Source: Candidatus Woesebacteria bacterium
GTDB lineage: Bacteria > Patescibacteriota > Microgenomatia > UBA1400 > PJMF01
Direction: 5' to 3'
NCBI GenBank assembly: GCA_050123235.1
Contig: JASFHL010000001.1
Location: forward strand, 84,651-148,650
DNA: 64,000 nucleotides
A program made the translations under genes and the position numbers. Numbering within the stretch: position 1 is the stretch's first letter; each line of letters begins with the position of its first letter. Below the pieces are notes generated by a model. It made no database searches, was not told where the DNA came from, and saw nothing but the letters and a program-made list of their open reading frames with translations. This document shows, piece by piece, positions 19,596 through 28,975 of the stretch.

Positions 19596-21065
19596 TTAAT
19601 CCTTATGCAACTCCAAAAAACCTACACTGTTAGCTGGCATATTGACATGGGTTTTTAGCACTGCTGCACTAGTAGCTAGTTTTTGAACATTATTAACTCC
19701 GCCAATCATCTGGATAGAAAGTGTGTAACTACCTGGGTTGATATTATAAAAAGTAATTGGCACAAATTCAGCGTGCTGACCTTTTTTGTCAAAGTTGGCA
19801 ATTACTAATTGAGTATTATTATTTTTATCTTTAGCAGCTAAAGCTTTAACCCAAGACCCATTGCCAGTAATTTGCAATCTTTGATCAGCAATGCGATCTA
19901 GCATCTTTAGAGCTTGGTAGCGTGGTTTAGCTTTAGAAGCAAAGTCTCGATGAGTAAACATTCCCCAACGCCCCCAATATTCCTGACCTTCTGCGCCTTT
20001 CCCATCTTGAATTTCAAACACAAATGCTTTTTGAATACTGTCAAGCATGACAATTAGTCCAGCTACAGTATGAGCTGCTGCATAATTATTATCATAGCCA
20101 GGATCAATTTCACTATTATGACCCCATTCAGTAATATGAAATTCTAAAGATGGTTCTAATTTAGGATATTTCAAGATCCAATTTTTCACATTACCCATAT
20201 CTTTGACATACTGATCAAGATCATTGCTATATCTATGCCAAGAAAAGAAATCATAACGTAAGTTGTTTTTAACAGCATGTTTCGCCATGGCGTCAAACCA
20301 GTTTTTGTATAAAGCAGTGATGGCTGGGCCACCAATTTTAAATGGTTTTACACCTTGAGCGTTATTAGCTCCTCTCACAGCATAGGTATAAAGGTCAAGG
20401 TAGTTTTTATCACCATAATATTTCCAACTGCCAAATAGATCCGGTTCATTCCAGACTTCATAATAGACATTGTCAATTTGTTTAGTTCCAGAAACATGTT
20501 CAATAGTTTTCTGAATTGTTAATTGCCAATCAGCCCAATTAACTGGTTTAGAAACAATATCTCCGCTGGCAATAGCAGGAGGCATGTAGCTAAGAGCAAT
20601 ATAGGGTTTGGCTCCAGTAGCCAAAATGTCATCCAAGATAAGGTTAAACTTTGAAAAATCAAATTGAAGATTACCCGGGCTACCCTTGACAATATCATAG
20701 AAGTCATAAATATGATCGATGCGAATATATTGGGGATTAAGGCTTTTAACTTGGCTCGATATTGGTTCTATTCGCCAGTCATGATCTTCACCACCTTGAG
20801 CTAGATAACGCCAAGGTCTAGGTATGGAGCCAATCACTCCCTGGGTATCAACTAGTAAATTAGCCGGCACACCAAGTGCTTTACCAAGGAACTCTCTTAC
20901 TATTTTAAGTTGAGAAACTCCAATTAAAATTACAACTGTGAATATTAAAAGAAAAAATCCAGCAAAAATAGTTTTTATTTTTTGTTTGGAGTGTCTTTTT
21001 TTTCTTAGCATGATGAATGATTTATTTAAATTATAGCAAGAATTAGATACTTTTTTTGTTCTCAA
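19596..21065 (-). CDS. membrane-anchored glycoside hydrolase, clan GH-A (GH5/GH39-like)
   Basis: N-terminal signal anchor; YEVWNEPD (NEP acid/base motif) and ITEWGHN (nucleophile Glu) typical of (beta/alpha)8 GH-A enzymes; C-terminal beta-sandwich. Confidence 0.6.
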   Translation of the reverse strand: MRTKKVSNSCYNLNKSFIMLRKKRHSKQKIKTIFAGFFLLIFTVVILIGVSQLKIVREFLGKALGVPANLLVDTQGVIGSIPRPWRYLAQGGEDHDWRIEPISSQVKSLNPQYIRIDHIYDFYDIVKGSPGNLQFDFSKFNLILDDILATGAKPYIALSYMPPAIASGDIVSKPVNWADWQLTIQKTIEHVSGTKQIDNVYYEVWNEPDLFGSWKYYGDKNYLDLYTYAVRGANNAQGVKPFKIGGPAITALYKNWFDAMAKHAVKNNLRYDFFSWHRYSNDLDQYVKDMGNVKNWILKYPKLEPSLEFHITEWGHNSEIDPGYDNNYAAAHTVAGLIVMLDSIQKAFVFEIQDGKGAEGQEYWGRWGMFTHRDFASKAKPRYQALKMLDRIADQRLQITGNGSWVKALAAKDKNNNTQLVIANFDKKGQHAEFVPITFYNINPGSYTLSIQMIGGVNNVQKLATSAAVLKTHVNMPANSVGFLELHKD

Positions 21066-21165
21066 ATTTTTAATATTTGTTCTCCTGCCATTTTGAGGAA
21101 TGTTAAGGTTGATAATTGATTTATTTTTTTCTTTTATCTAAGATAGCGATGGTATTGGAATACCT

Positions 21166-21735
21166 ATGAAAAAAAACAACGGCCACAAAATCATCCTTGA
21201 TCTAGATAAAGAGAAATCCAAGGTCAGTAAGCTTAAAAAGATTGGCAAGAAAATTGTCTTAACTCAAGGTTCTTTTGACATGGTGCATATAGGTCATGCT
21301 CGCTACTTTGAGGCGGCTAAAAAACAGGGAGATGTTCTGATCGTGGGGGTTGATGATGATGAAAAAATCAGGCATCGTAAAGGTCCAGATAGGCCAGTAG
21401 TACCTCAAGAAGAAAGACTAGAGATGTTAACTTATCTCAGTTCAGTTGACGTGATAGTTTTGAAAAAATTTAATTATCCTAGATGGCATTTAATTAGAAT
21501 TATTAAGCCAGATGTGTTGGTAGCGACAAGAGAGACATATAGTGATGAAGAGCTAGAGCAACTAAAAGAATATTGTGGCAGAGTGTTGGTATTGGCGCCT
21601 ATGGCCACTACTTCGACTAGCGCTAAAATCAGACGAGTACAGATTGGAACAGCCAGAAGAATTGAGTCAACTTTAAAAACCAAGCTAATTGGAGCGATGG
21701 AAGATGTGCTTAAAGAGCTTAAAGATAATGTTTAA
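21166..21735 (+). CDS. cytidylyltransferase-like nucleotidyltransferase (RfaE domain II/TagD-like)
   Basis: GSFDMVHIGHARY (HxGH) motif, about 130-aa Rossmann-like core. Confidence 0.6.
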   Translation: MKKNNGHKIILDLDKEKSKVSKLKKIGKKIVLTQGSFDMVHIGHARYFEAAKKQGDVLIVGVDDDEKIRHRKGPDRPVVPQEERLEMLTYLSSVDVIVLKKFNYPRWHLIRIIKPDVLVATRETYSDEELEQLKEYCGRVLVLAPMATTSTSAKIRRVQIGTARRIESTLKTKLIGAMEDVLKELKDNV

Positions 21736-21742
21736 TAGTTTT

Positions 21743-21988
21743 TATTGATGCATATTTTTTTAGAGTTATTGAGATGCTTAGAACAATTAATATCTATAAA
21801 TCTGGAGCGTTGAAGCGAGGCCTGGTTAGGCTTGAGTTAGCAATCAATATATTACCGAGCTTCACCTAGTGAGCCTTGTATCTTATAAAAAAAATATAAT
21901 AGCGAGCGTGTCCAAGATTTATAGATATTAATGTTCTAAACACTAGATTTTTTTAAAACAGACTATTAAGATATCTTATGCATCAATA
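21743..21988. repeat. about 246-bp imperfect-palindromic intergenic element, copy A (core GGAGCGTTGAAGCGAGGCCTGG ... TACCGAGCTTCACCTAGTGAGCC)
   Basis: Terminal inverted repeats of about 65 bp (ttattgatgcat...gcttagaacaattaatatctataaatctgga at left, its reverse complement at right); core shared with copies at 29351-29554 and 47045-47175. Confidence 0.6.
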
Positions 21989-21995
21989 ATCAACT

Positions 21996-22925
21996 ATGAA
22001 ACAAATCATAATCGCCTATATTCCAGTTCTACATGAAGGATATCGTCAATTTTTTTCAAAATATCCTCAGGTAAAAAAAGTTTTTCTTTTGGGTCGAGAT
22101 TTTATAAAAGACTTTCCTCAATTATACAAAGATATTCGAGCCCTAGAGCCAAATTTAATCAAAAAAGCTCTAGCAAGTTGGCAGATTTTTGATGAGATTG
22201 AAATAATTGATAAAAAACTTTTAAAAGCCGGGAAAGTTTTTTCGCCCACAAAAGATCGCAGTCAAGCAAGAATCGAGTTGATCATGCCCAACGAGGAGAT
22301 CATGCAGACTTTGGCTAAAAAATATTTCAAAAACTATAAAGTGACTTTTGATGCAATCTTTTTGCGTTGGGATAAGCATCAAGTAGCCAAAAAACGAGCA
22401 GTAAAAGCAGATGCTTTGATTTCTGAGAGGAACTTTGATCGAAAAATGATGAATCTGGCTTTTGAAGAAGCAAACAAAAGTTCTGATTGCTGGCGTCATG
22501 TGGGAGCAGTGATTATCAAGGATGGCAAAGTATTGCTCAGTGCCCACAATCGTCATCTACCCTCAGCTCAACAGCCCTACATTGACGGTGATCCTCGTGA
22601 TAATTTTCATAAAGGAGTTAAGCTGGAATTATCAACTTCTTTACATGCAGAAGCTGGCTTGATTGCTAAAGCTGCCAAGAGAGGCCTTAAATTAGTGGGA
22701 GCGGAGATTTATGTCAGTACTTTTCCTTGTCCGGTCTGTGCTAAACAGATTGCTGCTGCTGGTTTTAAAAAACTTTATTATGCTGAAGGCTATGGTGTTC
22801 TAGATGGCGAGCGAGTTTTGAAAAGCCAAGGAGTTGAAATAGTGCAGGTCAGAGCAGACGATGATTTTGAAAGCACAAAAAGAGGTGAGAGCAAATATAG
22901 TACGGTGAAGAAGTATCGGAAGTAA
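21996..22925 (+). CDS. dCMP/cytidine deaminase domain protein with about 150-aa N-terminal domain of unknown function
   Basis: C-terminal HAEAGLIAKA ... PCPVCAKQI (H-A-E ... PCxxC zinc-dependent deaminase signature); N-terminal half has no recognisable motif. Confidence 0.75.
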   Translation: MKQIIIAYIPVLHEGYRQFFSKYPQVKKVFLLGRDFIKDFPQLYKDIRALEPNLIKKALASWQIFDEIEIIDKKLLKAGKVFSPTKDRSQARIELIMPNEEIMQTLAKKYFKNYKVTFDAIFLRWDKHQVAKKRAVKADALISERNFDRKMMNLAFEEANKSSDCWRHVGAVIIKDGKVLLSAHNRHLPSAQQPYIDGDPRDNFHKGVKLELSTSLHAEAGLIAKAAKRGLKLVGAEIYVSTFPCPVCAKQIAAAGFKKLYYAEGYGVLDGERVLKSQGVEIVQVRADDDFESTKRGESKYSTVKKYRK

Positions 22926-23014
22926 AGCATGGAGTTGGCTGCCATCTAAGTTTAAAAGTGTTTTATACAAACTGATGAATGCTTTAGAAGACGAGTTATT
23001 ATACAATCCCCCTT

Positions 23015-23803
23015 ATGAAAGTCACGCCAATCAAAACAGCAATCGTCAAAGTGCATGATGATTTGTTTGCCTTTATCAAAGGTTCTGTCAAAAAAATTCC
23101 AGAAAAAGGTTTTCTGGTGATTAGCTCTAAGATTGTCAGTTATTGTCAGGGCCGTCTACAAGAAAAAAAAGACGGTTCCAGAGAAGAAAAACATGCTTTA
23201 GTGCGAAAAGAAGCTGATCTTTATCTTGACCCGAGTGAGTCCAAGTATGATGTGATGTTGACCATCAAAAATCATCTATTGGCTGTCAGCTCGGGTATTG
23301 ATGAGTCTAATTCAGTGGATGATCAATATATTTTGTGGCCAAGAAAGCCGCAGCAAACTGTGAATGAAATCTGGCATTTTTTGCGTAAAGAGTATCAAGT
23401 TAAAGAAGTAGGAGTGATCATGACTGATAGCAAAACCATGCCTCTGAGGTGGGGAGTGATTGGGACAGCTATTGCTCATTGTGGTTTTCAAGCTCTTAGA
23501 GATTTTATTGGTAAAGAAGATCTGTTTGGCAGAAAAATGAAGATGACCCAGATCAATGTAGCAGAAGCCGTAGCCGTGGCTGCTGTCTTGGAAATGGGAG
23601 AAACCAATGAACAGCAACCACTTTGCTTAGTCGAGGGAGTAAGTTTGGCGAAATTTCAAGATAGAGCACCAACTGATAAAGAACTAGCTGATTTAGTGAT
23701 TGAATTGGAGGATGACATTTATGGGCCTGTTTTGAATAGTGTTAACTGGAAAAAGGGGTGGCTAGCCTGTTGGAGAAAAAAGCTTGACAGGGCTTGCAGT
23801 TAG
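23015..23803 (+). CDS. CofE/FbiB-like gamma-glutamyl ligase family protein (possible folylpolyglutamate synthase substitute)
   Basis: VISSKIVSYCQGR matches the CofE ivSKaEGR motif; size about 260 aa; adjacent to folA/dut/tmk. Confidence 0.5.
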   Translation: MKVTPIKTAIVKVHDDLFAFIKGSVKKIPEKGFLVISSKIVSYCQGRLQEKKDGSREEKHALVRKEADLYLDPSESKYDVMLTIKNHLLAVSSGIDESNSVDDQYILWPRKPQQTVNEIWHFLRKEYQVKEVGVIMTDSKTMPLRWGVIGTAIAHCGFQALRDFIGKEDLFGRKMKMTQINVAEAVAVAAVLEMGETNEQQPLCLVEGVSLAKFQDRAPTDKELADLVIELEDDIYGPVLNSVNWKKGWLACWRKKLDRACS

Positions 23804-24342
23804 GTAAGCATATTTTTTATACTGATCTGATGAATAAAAAAATTAATTTTGCTTATTTTGGCGCCATCTTATTGGCAGTGACTGCACTGGCCTTGTTTGT
23901 ACGAGAGAAAATCAATCGACCTCTCGTTAGGCCTAAGTCAGAACTTGTTAGCAAAATGACAGTTAGTTCTAGTTTAGAAACTGAGAGAGTGATAGAGGAC
24001 AATTTATGGAATCTAGTTGCTGAATGGCGCCTGGCTCAGAATTTAAAGCCATTTTATTTTGATCAATCACTTTGTACCTTTGCCATTCAACGATTAAGTG
24101 AGCTTGATGCTGATTTAAGCCATGATGATTTTTTTAAATTGGCAGAAGAAATGTCAAGCCAGACTAAATTTACTAGCTTTGCTGAGAATTTAGCCCAAGG
24201 AACTCAGTTAGGAAAAGAGGAGCAAGTACTAGCGGCTTGGTTAGAATCTACTAGTCATTTGGCTAACTTAGAAGCTGATTTCACTCATGCTTGTTTGCGT
24301 TGTAGGGAAGCTTATTGTGTGCAGCTTTTTGCTAGGTATTAG
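23794..24342 (+). CDS. membrane-anchored CAP/SCP (YkwD-like) domain protein
   Basis: AENLAQG, VLAAWLESTSHLANL, FTHACL pattern parallels GENIAYG...WMNSxGHRxNIL...FTHIG of bacterial CAP domains; probable true start at 23830 (MNKKINF) with N-terminal TM. Confidence 0.5.
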   Translation: MQLGKHIFYTDLMNKKINFAYFGAILLAVTALALFVREKINRPLVRPKSELVSKMTVSSSLETERVIEDNLWNLVAEWRLAQNLKPFYFDQSLCTFAIQRLSELDADLSHDDFFKLAEEMSSQTKFTSFAENLAQGTQLGKEEQVLAAWLESTSHLANLEADFTHACLRCREAYCVQLFARY

Positions 24343-24462
24343 AAGTTATTGGTTCTAATTGTTACAGCGTACAAGCACATGAGAAAAATTGTCTTCGTGG
24401 CTTTAAAAGTTTACTAGCTGAAAACGGCTTAAGTACAGCCAAATTATTTTTACCTGTCTAGT

Positions 24463-24924
24463 TTATTTTACCTTAGATTTATTTTTTTCTGCATTAGCGG
24501 AAGAATCTAAATTTAGTTTTTGGTACATAGCATCCAAGATATGTTTTCTGTCATATCCTTGTTCTTCTAATTTGCTAATTAATTCTTCAACTTCCATTAT
24601 TGTCATTTCAAATGTTTCAGCAAATTTTTGGATAGTTTTTCTTTGGATCTCTCTGTTGTACTGTTCGATAGCTTTTATTTGAGCTTCTGTAATTTGTCCT
24701 GTTTCAGCTGCTTCTTGCTCTGTAAGCAAAGGGTGAGTTGCATTAGTAAGGCCATCAGGGTGCTGCGTGGAAGAGAGTCTGAACTGTGAGTCTGCCTCCC
24801 CTTTATCTTGTTTCTTATGAAGATCACTCCTTTCTACTGGCGTTGTTTTTACTGGTCGAATTGCTGCTGGATTAGCTGTATTCAGTCGCTCTAATAAACC
24901 CTTAGTTGCTACATTTTCTGACAT
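24463..24924 (-). CDS. hypothetical protein (153 aa), acidic
   Basis: ORF only. Confidence 0.3.
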   Translation of the reverse strand: MSENVATKGLLERLNTANPAAIRPVKTTPVERSDLHKKQDKGEADSQFRLSSTQHPDGLTNATHPLLTEQEAAETGQITEAQIKAIEQYNREIQRKTIQKFAETFEMTIMEVEELISKLEEQGYDRKHILDAMYQKLNLDSSANAEKNKSKVK

Positions 24925-25075
24925 GATAAAGATTAGTTAAGCATGTTGCTAGCCAAAAGGCAAGATTTTTAAAGAGAAGTTAATCTTTAATAGCTTAGGT
25001 GCCAAGGCTAATGGTAGCGAAAATAATCCAATGCATTAGTCAAATTGTACTAAATTTTTATGTTAAGATTAAGGC

Positions 25076-25708
25076 ATGAATGTTTTTATCATTGCTGCCA
25101 TCTCTGCAGATGGCTTTATTGCCCAAGATAAAGAGCAAAGTTCTCTCAATTGGACTACTAAGGCTGACACTAAATTTTTCGTTGAAAGAACAAAAAAAGC
25201 AGCTGTAGTGGTGATGGGGCGGAAGACTTATCAAACTATCAAGCCAAAATATCGACCATTCAAAAATCGTTTGAATATTGTTTATAGCCGCGATGATAGC
25301 TGGCTGAGAGATGATGAAAAGTTATTCTTAGAACAGACTGTTAAAGAAGGTTGGCTGGCCCAACCAACTCAATTTTACGTCACTCAAGATAATCCGAAAA
25401 ATTTGATCAGTAGTTTAAAGAAAAAAAATATCAAAGAAGTAGCGATTTGTGGCGGCGTTTCAATTTATACTAAATTTATGCAGGCCGGAGTGGTTAATAA
25501 AATTTATTTAACTGTAGAGCCGGTTTTGTTTGGAAGTGGTTTAAAACTTTTTAATCAAAGTTTGTCGCCAGCAGCTTTACTTGGGTCGGCTACAACGGCT
25601 ACTGCCACTGCGAAGAATAAAGATTTTCAAGCTCTGCAATTAGTAGCAGTTAAAAAACTAGGTGATGAAGGTGCAGTTTTGCTGGAATATGATGTGAAAG
25701 GAGCTTAA
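25076..25708 (+). CDS. folA: dihydrofolate reductase with C-terminal extension
   Basis: N-terminus IIAAISADGFIA...NWTTKADTKFF...VVVMGRKTYQTI...KNRLNIVYS parallels E. coli FolA LIAALAVDRVIG...PWNLPADLAWF...VIMGRHTWESI...RKNIILS. Confidence 0.75.
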   Translation: MNVFIIAAISADGFIAQDKEQSSLNWTTKADTKFFVERTKKAAVVVMGRKTYQTIKPKYRPFKNRLNIVYSRDDSWLRDDEKLFLEQTVKEGWLAQPTQFYVTQDNPKNLISSLKKKNIKEVAICGGVSIYTKFMQAGVVNKIYLTVEPVLFGSGLKLFNQSLSPAALLGSATTATATAKNKDFQALQLVAVKKLGDEGAVLLEYDVKGA

Positions 25709-25715
25709 GACCATC

Positions 25716-26147
25716 ATGAAGATCATAATCAAACGTTTTGATAAATCTCTACCTCTACCTGAATATAAAACTGAGGGCGCTGCTGCTTTGGATCTCTATG
25801 CTAGAGAGGATACTTTGGTTAAAGCCAAAACAGTGGCCTATGTGCCGTTGAATATCGCTCTTCAGTTGCCAAAAAATTATTGGGTTTTACTATCAGCTCG
25901 AAGCTCGCTGCATAAAAAAGGTTTGATCTTGGCAAACGGGATTGGGGTAGGAGATTGGGATTACAGAGGCGATGGTGATGAATACAAGGCAGCTGTTTAT
26001 AATTTCACTGAAAAAGATGTGACAATCAAAAAAGTAGAGCGGATTGTACAGATGATTATTTTACAAAGAGAGAAAATTGATTTTTTTGAAAAAGATAGTT
26101 TCTCAACAAATGACAGAGGTGGTTTTGGCAGCACTGGGTCGGTCTAA
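25716..26147 (+). CDS. dut: dUTP diphosphatase
   Basis: about 143 aa; GAAALDLYA and LLSARSSLHKKGL, GIGVGDWDYRG dUTPase motifs. Confidence 0.85.
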   Translation: MKIIIKRFDKSLPLPEYKTEGAAALDLYAREDTLVKAKTVAYVPLNIALQLPKNYWVLLSARSSLHKKGLILANGIGVGDWDYRGDGDEYKAAVYNFTEKDVTIKKVERIVQMIILQREKIDFFEKDSFSTNDRGGFGSTGSV

Positions 26148-26355
26148 AATTTTTAAGTCCTTAATTTCCAACGATTAGCTACAGAAAACTTATTTTGCCT
26201 ATTGTCTATAACTCAATTCTTATGTATTAATTATGTTATGAAAATGTAGTTATTTTTTAATTTAACTACAAGAACTAGCATTTTATGCAAGATATAAAGT
26301 ATCAGTTTCAGATTTTTAGACAATTAATTTATGCTTAATACTGTTTGCAGTTACT

Positions 26356-26379
26356 AAACCCTCACCGAGGGTTTTTTTA
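26356..26379 (+). terminator. orphan intrinsic terminator-like hairpin about 210 nt downstream of dut and about 30 nt upstream of next ORF
   Basis: AACCCTC-acc-GAGGGTT followed by T7. Confidence 0.45.
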
Positions 26380-26406
26380 TTTATCAAACAAAAAGGATTT
26401 AGAAAT

Positions 26407-27489
26407 ATGGCAGAACGGCGATCCTATTCTCTTGAGGATTTTTTTACTGTACAAAGAAGAAGGGTTTCCGAAGCTGAGAAAAATGAGCAAACCCTTGCTA
26501 AGGTTAACAGTCCTTATACTGAAGTTTCCCAGCCATTAATTCCCAAAGAAATAGCTCCTTATATTTCTCCTAAAGAGCTAGATTTTTGGCAGCAAAGACC
26601 ACCTGAGGAGATTATTTTAGCTACTGGCAGCTTGAGGAAAATTTTCATGATGCTTTATCAAATGGAAGGCTTTGTTTTCCCGCTTTCTTATGAAAGAGTT
26701 AAAGAAAAAGCTAGCGGAAATGGAAGCTTGTCAGAGCAAGACCAAGCGATGCTTAATTGGGATTTGATTTACACTGATTCCCCACCTGAATTTCAAGATA
26801 TATTTTTTCCAAAACATATGCCTAATGGTGATGGTAAACTCCAAGAAAAGACTCTAGTTGCTTATTTCCAAGGAATACCTGTTTATGCTGAACCCACTGA
26901 TGGAGAAGGTGACAGTAATGAGCCACTTGATGAGGCCTTTAATAAAATTAGAGCATTGGCTTCTAAATATGATCAGCTAAATAAGGATATAATTATCGTG
27001 GCTACTGATGCAGTCTCTTATGCAGATGATGGTAGTGATCAAAGAAGACATTTAGGTAAGCCAATGAATATGCCTGGTTATGATGCTGATGCTTTTGACC
27101 CAGAACAATATATACGAGATCAATATCCAGTAGGTTCTAGAGTAGTTAATATTAATGCAGTAGCAGCTATTAGAACTGGAAGAGGTCAAGAGGGAGATGA
27201 TGATTTTATACCAAGGGGAGAACATAGAGGAGAAGTTTGCCATCACACTATTATTACAGAAGATAACAGTGAAGGATTAATAGTTCATAGGGATTGCGGT
27301 GGAGGTGGTGTTCCTCAGCAGCTTATAGATTGGGATAATATTGAAATGATTAGGGGAATTATGGGGAATGAGCAAGCTGCTAGACTAAAGGATAATAGAG
27401 TTATAAAGTGGGCATTGGTTTGTGCTATTACGGGTAGTCCCTGGTATGCGATAGAAGAAGCCATTGAAGAGCTGAGAATTATCGATTAG
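26407..27489 (+). CDS. hypothetical acidic protein (360 aa), compositionally GC-richer than neighbours
   Basis: ORF with RBS AAAGGA; no recognisable catalytic motif; sits between dut and tmk. Confidence 0.35.
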   Translation: MAERRSYSLEDFFTVQRRRVSEAEKNEQTLAKVNSPYTEVSQPLIPKEIAPYISPKELDFWQQRPPEEIILATGSLRKIFMMLYQMEGFVFPLSYERVKEKASGNGSLSEQDQAMLNWDLIYTDSPPEFQDIFFPKHMPNGDGKLQEKTLVAYFQGIPVYAEPTDGEGDSNEPLDEAFNKIRALASKYDQLNKDIIIVATDAVSYADDGSDQRRHLGKPMNMPGYDADAFDPEQYIRDQYPVGSRVVNINAVAAIRTGRGQEGDDDFIPRGEHRGEVCHHTIITEDNSEGLIVHRDCGGGGVPQQLIDWDNIEMIRGIMGNEQAARLKDNRVIKWALVCAITGSPWYAIEEAIEELRIID

Positions 27490-27536
27490 ACTTGTACAGG
27501 ATTATTTTAATATTCTATTTGAATTAGAAAGAAATT

Positions 27537-28178
27537 ATGGTTGGTAAAGCAGCAGGTTTTTTGATCACTCTTGAGGGAGGGGAAGGTGGAGGTAAAACTA
27601 CTCAAAGTGTGAGATTACGTGATAATTTAACTAAAGCAGGTAAAGATGTGGTTTTGCTGCGCGAACCAGGTGGTACAGCCATCAGTGAACAAATTAGAGA
27701 AGTAGTACTATCTTCTAAGAATACTGGTATAGCTTTTACCACAGAAGTTCTACTTTTCCAGGCAGCTAGAGCTCAGATTTATAGGGAGGTGGTTATTCCT
27801 TCTTTAAAAGCAGGTAAGATAGTGATGATGGATAGATCTAGAGATAGTAGCGTAGTTTATCAAGGTATTGTACGAGGTTTTGGTGAGGATTTGATTGAAC
27901 AACTAAATGATATTTCTACAAAAAAGACTTATCCTGATTTAACTTTACTCTTGGATGTTTCTGTAAAAACAGGGCTTACTAGGAGAAAAGGAACGAATAA
28001 AGTTAATCGTTTGGATATGGAAAATAAAAATTTCCACAATAAAGTCAGAAAAGCCTATTTAAAGTTAGCAAAAAAGAATAAAAAAAAACGCTGGGTGATT
28101 ATAGATGCTGAAAAAAGCATGGCTGAAAATGAAAAAGAAATTTGGGAAGTGGTTAAAAAGAAATTAAAAATTAGCTAA
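27537..28178 (+). CDS. tmk: thymidylate kinase
   Basis: P-loop LEGGEGGGKTTQ, DRSRDSSVVYQG (DRY-like) and LID-region lysines. Confidence 0.85.
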   Translation: MVGKAAGFLITLEGGEGGGKTTQSVRLRDNLTKAGKDVVLLREPGGTAISEQIREVVLSSKNTGIAFTTEVLLFQAARAQIYREVVIPSLKAGKIVMMDRSRDSSVVYQGIVRGFGEDLIEQLNDISTKKTYPDLTLLLDVSVKTGLTRRKGTNKVNRLDMENKNFHNKVRKAYLKLAKKNKKKRWVIIDAEKSMAENEKEIWEVVKKKLKIS

Positions 28179-28201
28179 TTTATAAAACTCTTTTTATTTT
28201 T

Positions 28202-28813
28202 ATGCAAAAACTTCCGCGAGCAGTACGTCGCTTGATTGAAAAGTTTGAACGATTACCTGGAATTGGCCCGAAATCAGCCCAAAGGTTAGTTTTTTATCTC
28301 TTGCATAATCCGGAACATCAGCTTGAGGATTTCGCTAATCGTTTATTAGCTTTAAAAAAAGAAACTGTGATGTGTTCCATTTGTCACAATGTGGCTGAAA
28401 ATGACCCTTGTTCAATCTGTGATGACAAAAATCGTGATCAAAACTTGTTGATGGTAGTCGAACAGCCTCTGGATCTTTTGGCCATAGAAAGGTCTGATAA
28501 ATTTACTGGGAGATATCATGTGCTACATGGGGCGATTGCACCTTTGAATAATATTGGGCCAGAACAACTATTTTTGCGTGACATTGTAGATAGATTGGAG
28601 GGTGTCAAAGAGTTAATCTTAGCTACTAATCCTACAATGGAAGGCGAAGCTACAGCTTTATACATTACAGAGATGATCCAGCAACAAGCTGATTTTGATC
28701 CTCAGACTTTGAGAATTACGCGTATTGGGCATGGTTTACCGATCGGTGCAGATATTGAATATGCAGATCGGGTAACCATTGCCAGAGCACTGGAAGGAAG
28801 AAGAAAGATTTAA
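28202..28813 (+). CDS. recR: recombination protein RecR
   Basis: HhH RLPGIGPKSAQRL, C4 zinc finger CSICHNVAENDPCSIC, Toprim domain. Confidence 0.9.
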   Translation: MQKLPRAVRRLIEKFERLPGIGPKSAQRLVFYLLHNPEHQLEDFANRLLALKKETVMCSICHNVAENDPCSICDDKNRDQNLLMVVEQPLDLLAIERSDKFTGRYHVLHGAIAPLNNIGPEQLFLRDIVDRLEGVKELILATNPTMEGEATALYITEMIQQQADFDPQTLRITRIGHGLPIGADIEYADRVTIARALEGRRKI

Positions 28814-28899
28814 TTGATAATTACGTAAATAAAACCCATTGCTCAACCTTTATTTTTCTGTTAAATTAGGTTTTAATGAGATACAGCTCGTATCAAACT

Positions 28900-28941
28900 G
28901 ACCGATGGTAGGTTTCATCTGAAACCAAAGTCGGTTTTTTT
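28900..28941 (+). terminator. intrinsic terminator after recR
   Basis: Nested hairpin GACCGA..GGTTTC-atct-GAAACC..TCGGT followed by T7. Confidence 0.5.
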
Positions 28942-28975
28942 AATTGACCTCTTGAAGAGGGAAGAAAGGAATCTC

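Noticed and set aside
26345-26539. 64-aa ORF overlapping the orphan terminator and start of gene 26407
   Set aside because: Out of frame with the downstream acidic protein and spans a hairpin/T-run; no RBS.
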